Assembly (NCBI GenBank): GCA_937941575.1
Contig: CALDHH010000075.1
Span: forward strand, 1-49,180
Origin: an uncultured Alphaproteobacteria bacterium
Lineage (GTDB): Bacteria > Pseudomonadota > Alphaproteobacteria > Micavibrionales > CSBR16-224
Length of the DNA stretch: 49,180 nt
Direction of reading: 5' to 3'
In this document: piece after piece, positions 17,152-26,400 of the stretch
Position numbering within the stretch: the stretch's first letter is position 1
Layout: each line of letters starts with the position of its first letter
Notes under the pieces: generated by a model
Database searches by the model: none
Seen by the model: only the letters and a program-made list of their open reading frames with translations
What the model was told of the DNA's origin: nothing
Position numbers and translations under genes: made by a program

Positions 17152-18824
17152 AACGGCACTCCTATGACTTTAAATCTTGCCATTTCTTCATCTTTAGCAC
17201 TAGATCCTCCACCGACAGAAGATCCTCCACCATCCGACGCAGTACCAATTTTAGCCGAGAAAACACCCGTTCTAGATACACCACCGAATTGCTTCTCCAT
17301 TGTTATTTCATGATCTGGCAAAGCACCTCTTAATCTTTTTAAGAAAGATTCAGTTTCAGCAACTTTTTCTTCCAAAGGCATATCATTCGGTAAAGAATAA
17401 GAGAAGAATAGTTCAAAATAACCGTTATCAGCAAGCTTCTTTGAACCCTTACCGGTCATTTTAGCCATAATTTTCTTTAACACATCTGATTGTTTTTTAG
17501 CGCCACCATTTTTATCCGGAAGATCAATTTTTGCATTTGGAACATGTCTATAACTCATATCTGCTAAAAACACTTCTGATCCTAAATTATCTCTAACCAC
17601 TTTTAAAACAGGCTCTGGACTTATTGAGTTCTCTACCAATAAACCCTTCACTGCAAGCGACCCCCTAACCACATCTGGTTTTACAGGGACAGCAGCAAAT
17701 ATAGCTGCCTCTTGATCATATTCTCTTTTTAAAAGATTATATTGTGTCTTATTTTGGGCGATTTCTGAGTGAACTTCTCTATATTCAGCAAAGCTACTAT
17801 AAAGCATGTAAGACAGACCGATTGCAGCAAGAAGCAACAATATACTTCCGAATTTAACAGCCATCCTTGGCAATACAATTTTTGAGATCTCTTCAATTTT
17901 TAAATTTAAAGAAGGACCGCCTTTTTTACCAATCCAACCTGCATGAACTGCATCTGAATATTTTGGTTTAACACCTTTGCCGTATTTAAAGCCAATTAAC
18001 TTTCCGGCTTCATGAACCGTCATTGGATAAAAATTACTTACAGGCAAACCAACAGATTGCATTGCTTCTTTTTCAGCCGCACCGGATACAACAAAAACAT
18101 CCAATCCTTCAGATGGGTTATAACCAAATCTTGCAACATAACTTAGAGTAGCTTTAAATTCTTTGGCAACCTCTTCTGCCCATGCAGTACCGCTTGATAC
18201 ATTTTCTGCCATTGGCGTCAGCCTTGTCAAAGCAAGGTCACCATCTTTAATTACAACTTGCCTTAAACCACCTGTTTCATGTTGACCTATAAATACGATC
18301 CATCTAGACGCCATCTCATTAGTGCTGTTTAAATTCTTCTTTGCTAATTCTTGTAACATGCTTGCAGATTCTACTGGTAATAGACAAACACCCGATACAT
18401 GGACACCAGCTTCGAAAATGGCATTAATAATCTTGTTAATGTTTTCAGTCTCTGGCAAACCAGCCAATAAATAAGAATCCGGTGAATCTACCTTCATCAG
18501 TTTATCACGTTTCTTCTTACCTTTAAGCTCTAAAGCTCCGCGGATCTTCGTATTTGAAAAAGCAGAATCAATCTTTCTCTTAAGAATTTTAGGTTTATCC
18601 AATGAACTTACTTTTGGTAATGTTTCCTTACGATAATGCTGTTCAACAACATCAAAAACAAGCCTTACAGATTTACCGCTATTTTTTTCGGTAAATACAT
18701 TTATCAGCTGCTCTTCAAAATCCGGAACAGACCAAGGAATTGAACATTCATGTTCAACATTCTTACCTGATGATAAGTATAAAACTACACCTTCATCTCC
18801 AATTAAAAGTACTCTTTTAGCCAC
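17148..18824 (-). CDS. PilM-PilN fusion (MshI/GspL-like) inner-membrane assembly protein
   Basis: A ~320-aa cytoplasmic actin-like/GspL-like domain (VLLIGDEGVVLY..., VSGVCLLPVESASML, LRQVVIKDGDLALTRL). A single TM (FGSILLLLAAIGLSYMLYSSF) and a ~210-aa periplasmic part with a Gly/Ser tail follow. GTG start. Confidence 0.7.
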   Translation of the reverse strand: MAKRVLLIGDEGVVLYLSSGKNVEHECSIPWSVPDFEEQLINVFTEKNSGKSVRLVFDVVEQHYRKETLPKVSSLDKPKILKRKIDSAFSNTKIRGALELKGKKKRDKLMKVDSPDSYLLAGLPETENINKIINAIFEAGVHVSGVCLLPVESASMLQELAKKNLNSTNEMASRWIVFIGQHETGGLRQVVIKDGDLALTRLTPMAENVSSGTAWAEEVAKEFKATLSYVARFGYNPSEGLDVFVVSGAAEKEAMQSVGLPVSNFYPMTVHEAGKLIGFKYGKGVKPKYSDAVHAGWIGKKGGPSLNLKIEEISKIVLPRMAVKFGSILLLLAAIGLSYMLYSSFAEYREVHSEIAQNKTQYNLLKREYDQEAAIFAAVPVKPDVVRGSLAVKGLLVENSISPEPVLKVVRDNLGSEVFLADMSYRHVPNAKIDLPDKNGGAKKQSDVLKKIMAKMTGKGSKKLADNGYFELFFSYSLPNDMPLEEKVAETESFLKRLRGALPDHEITMEKQFGGVSRTGVFSAKIGTASDGGGSSVGGGSSAKDEEMARFKVIGVPL

Positions 18825-18859
18825 GAGAACCCCACTTATTTATAAAATATAATTTCAAT

Positions 18860-20068
18860 TTATATCCCCATATTCGAAAAGCTATTGTAAATTGGACCAA
18901 ATACAGCAGCCGCAATCCATAACATAATACCACCAAGAATAACCGTCATCATTGGCTCAATCATCTGAATCATTGAATCGACCGCTTCGTTCACATCTTT
19001 ATCATAAAATTCTGCAACTTGTTCTAAAACTCCAGTCAAGTTACCAGATTCCTCACCAATCTTCACCATTCTTACCACCAATGATGGAAACTCACCTGAG
19101 TTATTTAAGGCTGTTGATATTGGGTTACCTTCTTTTACCTGTTCTCTTACACGCTCTAACGCCTCTTGCATCACAAGATTACCGGCAGTTTTCTGAGCAG
19201 ATTCTAGACATCTCAAGATCTCCAAACCACTACTAAACAATACACCAAATGTTTGGGCAAATCTTGATAATGAAATCTTTCTTATCAAAATCCCCATTAC
19301 CGGCATATTCAGAGCAAGCTTATCAGTTTGATATCTAAAACCTGTTGAAACTGCGCGTCCAATTTTTATACTGGCGATAAACACCACTATTCCGATACCC
19401 ACATATAGACCATTAGCAACGAAGAAGTCCGAAGTTGCGATCAATGAAGTGGTTATCATACCTAATTCCTGATCCATACTTTCTAAGAATCCTAAAACCT
19501 GCGGTACAACATATGCCATCATCAAAGTTACAACACCGAACATAACCACACCCAGTATTTTTGGATATTTTGTGGCCTGTTTAACTTTTGAATCCATCGC
19601 ATCAGTCCATTTAAGGTGATGGATAAGCTGAGTAAATGAATTGGATAAGTTACCGGTTTCTTCACCAGCACCAATTAATGAGATAAATATATTAGTAAAT
19701 ACAGATGGGTGATTTGACATCGCCTCAGATAATGAATTACCCTCTGATACATCTCTGTATACTTCGGTCATGATATCTCTAAGCTTGGCTGATTCAGTTG
19801 TGTCACGGATATCAGACAAACCATCCATTAATGGTACACCAGCTTTCTGTAGCTGTTCTAGATGTACGAATAATTGCACCATGTCACGAGTTTTAATTTT
19901 TGCTTTAAATGCCGCTTTTTTCTTTTTGGTTTCCATGGATTTTGCTTCGATAAGCTCCATGCCACGTTCAGATAATTGTTGGGCTAAATCTTTTTCGTTC
20001 GCCGCAGATATAGAGCCTCTAACGGCCCTACCTTGGTTATCAATCGCGCGATAATTATATTTATTCAT
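18860..20068 (-). CDS. pilC: Type IV pilus / T2SS platform protein (PilC/GspF family)
   Basis: 402 aa with a duplicated GspF-type cytoplasmic domain (LSEAMSNHPSVFTNIFISLIGAGEETGNL and ISTALNNSGEFPSLVVRMVKIGEESGNL) and three TM segments. Confidence 0.92.
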   Translation of the reverse strand: MNKYNYRAIDNQGRAVRGSISAANEKDLAQQLSERGMELIEAKSMETKKKKAAFKAKIKTRDMVQLFVHLEQLQKAGVPLMDGLSDIRDTTESAKLRDIMTEVYRDVSEGNSLSEAMSNHPSVFTNIFISLIGAGEETGNLSNSFTQLIHHLKWTDAMDSKVKQATKYPKILGVVMFGVVTLMMAYVVPQVLGFLESMDQELGMITTSLIATSDFFVANGLYVGIGIVVFIASIKIGRAVSTGFRYQTDKLALNMPVMGILIRKISLSRFAQTFGVLFSSGLEILRCLESAQKTAGNLVMQEALERVREQVKEGNPISTALNNSGEFPSLVVRMVKIGEESGNLTGVLEQVAEFYDKDVNEAVDSMIQMIEPMMTVILGGIMLWIAAAVFGPIYNSFSNMGI

Positions 20069-20253
20069 TCCCTAAATTTCCCCGTAAGATAATATAATTT
20101 AACAATAATACACTAACTAATTTAAGATAATGACAAAACTTTACCAATTAGTTACCGTTTTAAAAATTTATTATATTAATAGTCATTTATTGAAATATAA
20201 ATAACATATTTTCATTCTATAATTAAATAACACCTTTGGTAAAGGGTAAAAAA

Positions 20254-20276
20254 GCCATTAATTAGTAATTAATGGC
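20254..20276 (-). terminator. Rho-independent terminator after fadE, upstream boundary of the pilus island
   Basis: GCCATTAATTA-g-TAATTAATGGC is a perfect 11-bp stem. It is flanked by A6 (20248-20253) and T6 (20277-20282), so a U-tract follows on either strand. Confidence 0.8.
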
Positions 20277-20303
20277 TTTTTTATTTAATACTGATTCTAA
20301 AAA

Positions 20304-22592
20304 TTATTTAGAAGCAACTGCTTTCACCTTTACAGACTTAGCTTTTTTAGGCTTACCATTGCTATAGTTAGAGTTTTTAGATGGGAAAGAATCAACTTTC
20401 ACAACTTCGTCTCTAGCAGCATTGGCGATCTCGATCATATCAGCTTCATCCTGAGTAATTATATTTGCTTTAACCGCATCAGCCAAAGACGAGCTATCCA
20501 GCTCACCTTTTTTAACTGCTGATTTAATTTTAGCTTCCAATGGCTCTGCTGCAATCACCTTATTAAACGCATCTTCTAAGATTGCAATCTGCTCACCTTC
20601 TCTATCCGTCAGATAAATACCATCAGTTAATCTATCTCTTGCTCCACCTGCTTCCATTACCGATTGAACAACTTGGCGGTCAAGTACATCGGATGGAGCT
20701 TTATTTGCGTATCTAGCAGAGAAAGGTAATAAGCTTCTTGGGAATACAATTATCTTCATAACGCTTGCAAAGAATTTATTTGGATAATTATCAATTAAAT
20801 CATGCAAAGCTACCTCCGCATCATGCAAAGCTTGCTCTGCTGCCCATTTTGCCAATGGTAAGTCTTCCTTTTGACGGCCTTGGTTCTCAAATTTCTTAAG
20901 AACCATTGATGCCATATATAGATTACTTAAAACATCACCAAGTCTTGCACTTACTCTTTCCTTACGTTTTAATCCACCACCAAGATGAGCCAATGCCATC
21001 GCTGATGAGAAATTGAAAGAAGCACTTAAGCGGTTTATTTGTCTGTAATATTTAGCCATATCTTTATCATCAACTGGCACATGGCTTCCACGTCCATTTG
21101 TCAAACCAAAGAAAAAGCTTCTACCTTTATTTAACAAAACATTCGCAATCATTTTAAATGTTTCTTTTGAACATTCCTTTGCATCACCTGAACTTGCTGC
21201 TTTATATATAGGCAAGATATTTGGATGCGAGCTGAATATACCCTTACCAAAAATAATTAAATTTCTGGTCATGATATTTGCACCTTCAACAGTTATTCCA
21301 ACTGGAATACCTTTATAGATGTCTTGGAATAAATTTCTTGGCCCATCAATAATCGCCTTACCACCATGAATATCCATCGCATCATTAACCGCAGTTCTCA
21401 TGCTTTCAGTTGTATGATATTTTAAAATTGCAGATGGAATATCTGGTTTTTGTCCCTGATCAACCATTTGCAAAGTATTTTTCATTGCAGCATCGATCAT
21501 ATAAGTTTTACCAGCAATTCTTGCCAATGGTTCTTCGATACCTTCGAATTTACCGATTGGTAAGTTAAATTGACGTCTAATTCTTGCATATGCACCAGTT
21601 AATCTGGTTGATAATTTACCACAAGCAACTGACATCGAAGGCAATGATACAGAACGCCCAACAGATAATGACTCCATCAACATTTTCCAACCTTGACCAG
21701 CCATCTCTTGTCCACCAATGATTTTATCGAGTGGGATAAATACATCATGACCGTAATTTGGACCATTTTGGAATGGGATACCCATTGGTCTATGCCTATC
21801 ACCGATTTCAACTCCTGGAGTTTCCCTTGGGATCAAAGCAGCAGTTATTCCAATTTCTTTTTTATCGCCTAACAAACCATCTGGATCTTTCATATCGAAA
21901 GCAACACCGATTAAGGTTGCAACTGGGCCAAGTGTTATATAACGCTTGCTCCAATTCATTTTAATTCCAATTTCACCTTTGTCATTTTTACAAACAACAC
22001 CAGTATCCGGCATTGCACCAGCATCTGATCCATTATCTGGACCAGTTAGAGCGAAACATGGGATTTCTAATCCATTTGCCAATCTTGGTAGGTAATAATC
22101 TTTTTGCTCTTGTGTGCCATATTCGTGGATAAGCTCCGCAGGGCCCAATGAATTTGGAACCATTACTGTTACAGCAGCTGTTACACTTCTACTCGCAATT
22201 TTCATTACCACCGCAGAATGACCAAGAGCTGTAAAGCCTAAACCATCATATTCTTTTGGCACAACCATACCTAAGAATTTATTTCTTTTCATGAAATCCC
22301 AAACTTCATCAGGTAGATCACCCATGCCATCAGCACTATCTTTGGCGCTATTATTAATTTCCCATGCGTTTAGCATGTCACATAATTCTTGAGTTGGCCC
22401 ATCTAAAAAAGCCTGTTCTTCTTCGGTTAATTTTGGCTCTGGCATATCAAGTAATTTTTTCCAATCAACTTTACCGCTAAAGAAATCGCCTTCAAACCCA
22501 ACATCACCAGCCTCCAAAGCTTCCAATTCTGTTTTTGAAATTGGTGGCAACATTTTTTGAACTATTTTTAATATCTTTTTATCTAACATCAA
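20304..22592 (-). CDS. fadE: Large FadE-type acyl-CoA dehydrogenase
   Basis: 762 aa. It has acyl-CoA dehydrogenase N/middle/C blocks (CFALTGPDNGSDAGAM, GQGWKMLMESLSVGR, TVEGANIMTRNLIIFG) and the long C-terminal extension typical of E. coli FadE-like enzymes. Confidence 0.88.
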   Translation of the reverse strand: MMLDKKILKIVQKMLPPISKTELEALEAGDVGFEGDFFSGKVDWKKLLDMPEPKLTEEEQAFLDGPTQELCDMLNAWEINNSAKDSADGMGDLPDEVWDFMKRNKFLGMVVPKEYDGLGFTALGHSAVVMKIASRSVTAAVTVMVPNSLGPAELIHEYGTQEQKDYYLPRLANGLEIPCFALTGPDNGSDAGAMPDTGVVCKNDKGEIGIKMNWSKRYITLGPVATLIGVAFDMKDPDGLLGDKKEIGITAALIPRETPGVEIGDRHRPMGIPFQNGPNYGHDVFIPLDKIIGGQEMAGQGWKMLMESLSVGRSVSLPSMSVACGKLSTRLTGAYARIRRQFNLPIGKFEGIEEPLARIAGKTYMIDAAMKNTLQMVDQGQKPDIPSAILKYHTTESMRTAVNDAMDIHGGKAIIDGPRNLFQDIYKGIPVGITVEGANIMTRNLIIFGKGIFSSHPNILPIYKAASSGDAKECSKETFKMIANVLLNKGRSFFFGLTNGRGSHVPVDDKDMAKYYRQINRLSASFNFSSAMALAHLGGGLKRKERVSARLGDVLSNLYMASMVLKKFENQGRQKEDLPLAKWAAEQALHDAEVALHDLIDNYPNKFFASVMKIIVFPRSLLPFSARYANKAPSDVLDRQVVQSVMEAGGARDRLTDGIYLTDREGEQIAILEDAFNKVIAAEPLEAKIKSAVKKGELDSSSLADAVKANIITQDEADMIEIANAARDEVVKVDSFPSKNSNYSNGKPKKAKSVKVKAVASK

Positions 22593-22717
22593 TTACTCTC
22601 CAGATTAATTATATACTTGCATATAATATATTTACACAAAGCTTAAAAGTCAATGATAACTCAAAATATACTGCATGGTACAATTATAGCCCAAATGCAT
22701 GAATTAAAAATTAAACT

Positions 22718-22746
22718 TTGATTTTATTTCTTAACATCTGTAATAT
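22718..22746 (+). promoter_or_regulatory. Candidate sigma70-like promoter for the ORFan operon
   Basis: TTGATT-N17-TAATAT lies ~65 nt upstream of ATG 22812. This is a motif match only; AT-rich DNA makes chance matches likely. Confidence 0.3.
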
Positions 22747-22811
22747 ATTTTTAATCAATTACGGTTATTATTATCTTTTTATAGAAGATTATTTAATTTA
22801 GGAGAATAAAA

Positions 22812-22994
22812 ATGGATATGGATATGAATTTACCAGCAATTGCAAGACTGACTGAGGCTAATGCCCCTGGTCTATTAAAATCTTACATTGATACTCATCC
22901 AGTTAAAGCTCATGAAAACACAATTGCACCCGAAGTTGTTGCACAAGCAACTCCAAAAATGGATAGCAATCCTGGTGGATCTCAAGGTAAATAA
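22812..22994 (+). CDS. Small hypothetical protein (60 aa)
   Basis: AGGAG lies 7 nt upstream of the ATG. Composition is non-repetitive and it ends in PGGSQGK. No known motif. Confidence 0.5.
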   Translation: MDMDMNLPAIARLTEANAPGLLKSYIDTHPVKAHENTIAPEVVAQATPKMDSNPGGSQGK

Positions 22995-23024
22995 TTTTAG
23001 AATAAAGTTTTTAAGGATAAAGAA

Positions 23025-23333
23025 ATGTCAGAGAACACTCTTCCACTTGCATCAGAATATGAAGTATTTGTAAATAAACAGAATGCTTTGGCATTTTTTA
23101 TGCATCGTCACCCATCATTGGATGGCGCAGAAGATGCAGGCCCATTTTGGTTTGCCATTCATAATGATGATACTCTGGTTGCTGGTACTGAAGAAAATTA
23201 CGCAATCTTTCCGAATGTATCAAAGGAAGTAATTGATATTGCAAAACAAAGAAAGATTGTAATGATTGTTGAATTTGAGAATCAGAAAGCAATACGTTGC
23301 ACACCTTGTTATTTATCAAGTGTATCTGCATAA
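23025..23333 (+). CDS. Hypothetical protein (102 aa) sharing a WFA..N.DT motif with the neighbouring giant protein
   Basis: AAGGA lies 7 nt upstream of the ATG. Residues 42-52 WFAIHNDDTLV match residues 707-717 WFAENNGDTAV of the 1174-aa protein at 7 of 11 positions. Confidence 0.6.
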   Translation: MSENTLPLASEYEVFVNKQNALAFFMHRHPSLDGAEDAGPFWFAIHNDDTLVAGTEENYAIFPNVSKEVIDIAKQRKIVMIVEFENQKAIRCTPCYLSSVSA

Positions 23334-23409
23334 AAAAATATATAATAGATTCAAGTAAATAGAGATTATTTCAATTTTTAACATAAAATTGTTTGCATAA
23401 ATAATTATT

Positions 23410-23429
23410 TGTGATATGTTATTATCACA
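23410..23429 (+). promoter_or_regulatory. Candidate operator: TGTGATA-N6-TATCACA inverted repeat upstream of the 1174-aa gene
   Basis: Perfect 7-bp arms that end 39 nt before ATG 23468. Confidence 0.35.
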
Positions 23430-23467
23430 TGAATACATATTTAGGTAATATACAGATTGGTTAAAAC

Positions 23468-26400
23468 ATGAGCTTTTTTGATAAATTAAAAGAAATTGAA
23501 AATCTAGAATCCAAAGGTAAATTAAACTTTTGGAAGGAAATTAAGGCACAGCTTGAACATAAACTGTCCAAATTAGAGGCTCAGACGCATTCTGTATCCG
23601 AATGGATTGATGCAAGCGAAAAAGATATTGTTATTGCATATAATGAATTATATAGCAGCCTAAGCCAAAGAGACGAAGAAGCAATAAAAACCCAATTATC
23701 TAATATGGGTGATATTGCTGGAATTGTATTACAAATACCGATTAGACAAGCCGGCGTTAATATGAGCTTTTCTCATTTAATTACCATTAATTTTGGCCCA
23801 GAATCAGAGGTTAGCAAGTTAGCAGCAGATGTAAAACTTGGAATTCCAGAGACCGTTTATACTAACCTACTCGGCTTTGAAGATGAAGAGCTTGAAAAGG
23901 AAGCGCCTAGCGAAGAGAAAACTAGTTTCTGGGGTAAAATATCTGGTAAAGATCAAGAAAGAATTGAAAATGAGCTAGAGCTTGCGAAAAAAGAGCTGTT
24001 ATCATTACAAACAGAAGTACCATATTATGTTGATTCCTTCTGTGACTGGTTAGAATCCGGTCTTGACATGCATAATGATTTTGACACTTCTGATGAAGAA
24101 AATGAAAAAAGACTTAAATCTTACCAAGATCCTGATTACATGATTAATGCTGCTGAACAAGATTTCAATGAAACAATCTCAACATTTTCTGAGAGAGTTT
24201 TTGATATCTCGCAAGATTATGCTCAGATATTAAGAAATGTAGAGAGCAAAAACCCATCTAAGATTATTGATTCACTAACCAAAATAAAATCTACGAAATA
24301 TGCTGATAAAGCTTTATCTTGGGTATTTGAAGAGCTTAATGTAACTAGCTTACATGAATTAGCCTTGGATAAATTCGAAGATAATCAAATTAGATCTAAA
24401 CTATTTGAAGAAGCAATGAGCGGAGATGTATTAGCAACTCCGATTGAATTTCAAGATAGCAAAAGAATGGCTAAACTATTTGATGAAATATTCAATGAAT
24501 GCCTAAAAACTGATGACCCAATGCCGTTATCAACTTTATTTATCATGATCAATAATAATTCCTTTGTGGAGAGCTTTGATGATGATAAAGAAAAAGTATT
24601 ACAAAATTTACTGCTTAAACTAGATGATAAAACTGGCAAATCTTACTTTGAGATTGTGGATAATTTAGAAGATAAAGAATTAAAAACTAAATTATTTGAA
24701 TTATTTAGTGCATCACTTGGCTTTACAGGAATAACAAATTCATCCTTCGATAACAAAAGCATCCCTAAATTATATATTGATTTAAAAGAAGCTATTGCTA
24801 ATAAAGATTCTAAATCATTACAAGATATAATCATACTTGCCAAAGAACTAAATGTTCAAGACGAAGTAATTGCTTTTTATGGGTTACTAAATAAAGAACA
24901 ATCAATCCCTATGCATGCCCTATCTAGTTTTGATAACAAAGAAGGCTGTCAGATATTTAACAATATGGCTTATCATGGATATGAAATATTCTTAAAAAAT
25001 GATACTGATGAGTATAAGATAGAGGCATTAGAAAAAGCGATGTTAAATGTGGGTACTGGTATTAGTACCTCTATATTAACACCTGAACTAGAAGCTTTAA
25101 AGAATATCTTACAATATATCCAAGAAGAAAAAGGCAGTGAATTTATCAAAGACATCATAATATCTAGCAATATTATCGAGCACAGCTTCAAGAAATTTGA
25201 AATGGATGATCGGAATAGCTTTTTATCAGTAATATTAAACTCTTTTAATAATATCGAAAAATCAAATATATTATCTAGAGCAAGCCTTGATATACAAGAT
25301 ACCGATCTTAAGAAAAACATCCAAGATGTTGCAAATCTATATTCTGGCTATTACCAAAGCTTAAACGATCGCCTGATTATTAACCCTGAAAATCTAGGTA
25401 ATATCTGGCACGCAAACCAAAATCTTATGAATGCATCAAAATATAGCTCTTTTAACCAAAAAATTGGTGAAGAAGAAATGGATATCAATATTGCTGCTGA
25501 ATATTTAAGTGCTTTATACAAAAATGATGATTTCGTAGTTTTTGGAACTGATGAGATAACAAATAAAAACCACATAAAATATGCTTGGTTTGCTGAGAAT
25601 AATGGTGATACCGCAGTTCACTTTATTGTTGGTGATAATAAAACATCAACATCAATGGATGCGGGAGATGCCGAGCTAACTATAGGTGGATTAATAGAGT
25701 GTAATAGCTATGTTTATGTTGGTGGCTATGCCATTAATCTTGATAATATTGGCTATCTGAATATTGATAAGCAATCTGATCAGTTGAATATATTAGATAA
25801 TGCAGATGAAATTGAAACTATCGATGTATCACCAGAAGAAATATCCTATTTATTAGAAATAATCAAAAATCATCCTGATTTTATAATCAACGAAGGTAAC
25901 GACCAAGCGGTTAATACAAGCAAAGTAGATCTATTAATTAATAACGAGCACACCGATGAAGTTTCTTTCGTAATAGAGAATAATTACTTTGGTTCCGAGT
26001 TTGCGGAAATTGATGAAGATGGTCTAAAGACAGAATATATTGATGGTTTTATGAATAGCGATAAATCTAACCTATTAGAAGAATTCGAAAATTCCAACCA
26101 ACATATCAAAATTGGCGATAAATGCATAAATATTGATAATCTTAGCTATACAAATTATGATGAAGAAAGTGATACCTTAGAATTAATAATTAGTAATGAG
26201 AGAGTATTAATTCATGTTGAAGATTTCGCAGCAGTTGAAGAAATAAATGCCAAATTAAAAGATCACGGCTTCATCACTAATGAAATCCAAGCAATTAAAC
26301 CAGAAAAAACAGCAAATATCTGGTTTACATCAAATGATGATGGTGAATTCATTGCTTGTTTAATGCCGAATAAAAGCGATAAAAGCGATCAAATAGTCTA

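Noticed and set aside
22888-23073. 61-aa ORF bridging the 60-aa and 102-aa genes in another frame
   Set aside because: It has no SD and overlaps two ORFs that each have good SD spacing. It has the Lys/Leu/Gln-rich composition typical of an off-frame AT-rich translation.
24451-25575. Four minus-strand ORFs (62-115 aa) inside the 1174-aa gene
   Set aside because: These are antisense shadows in AT-rich coding DNA (Ser/Leu/Ile/Phe-rich). The long uninterrupted plus-strand frame is far more probable.
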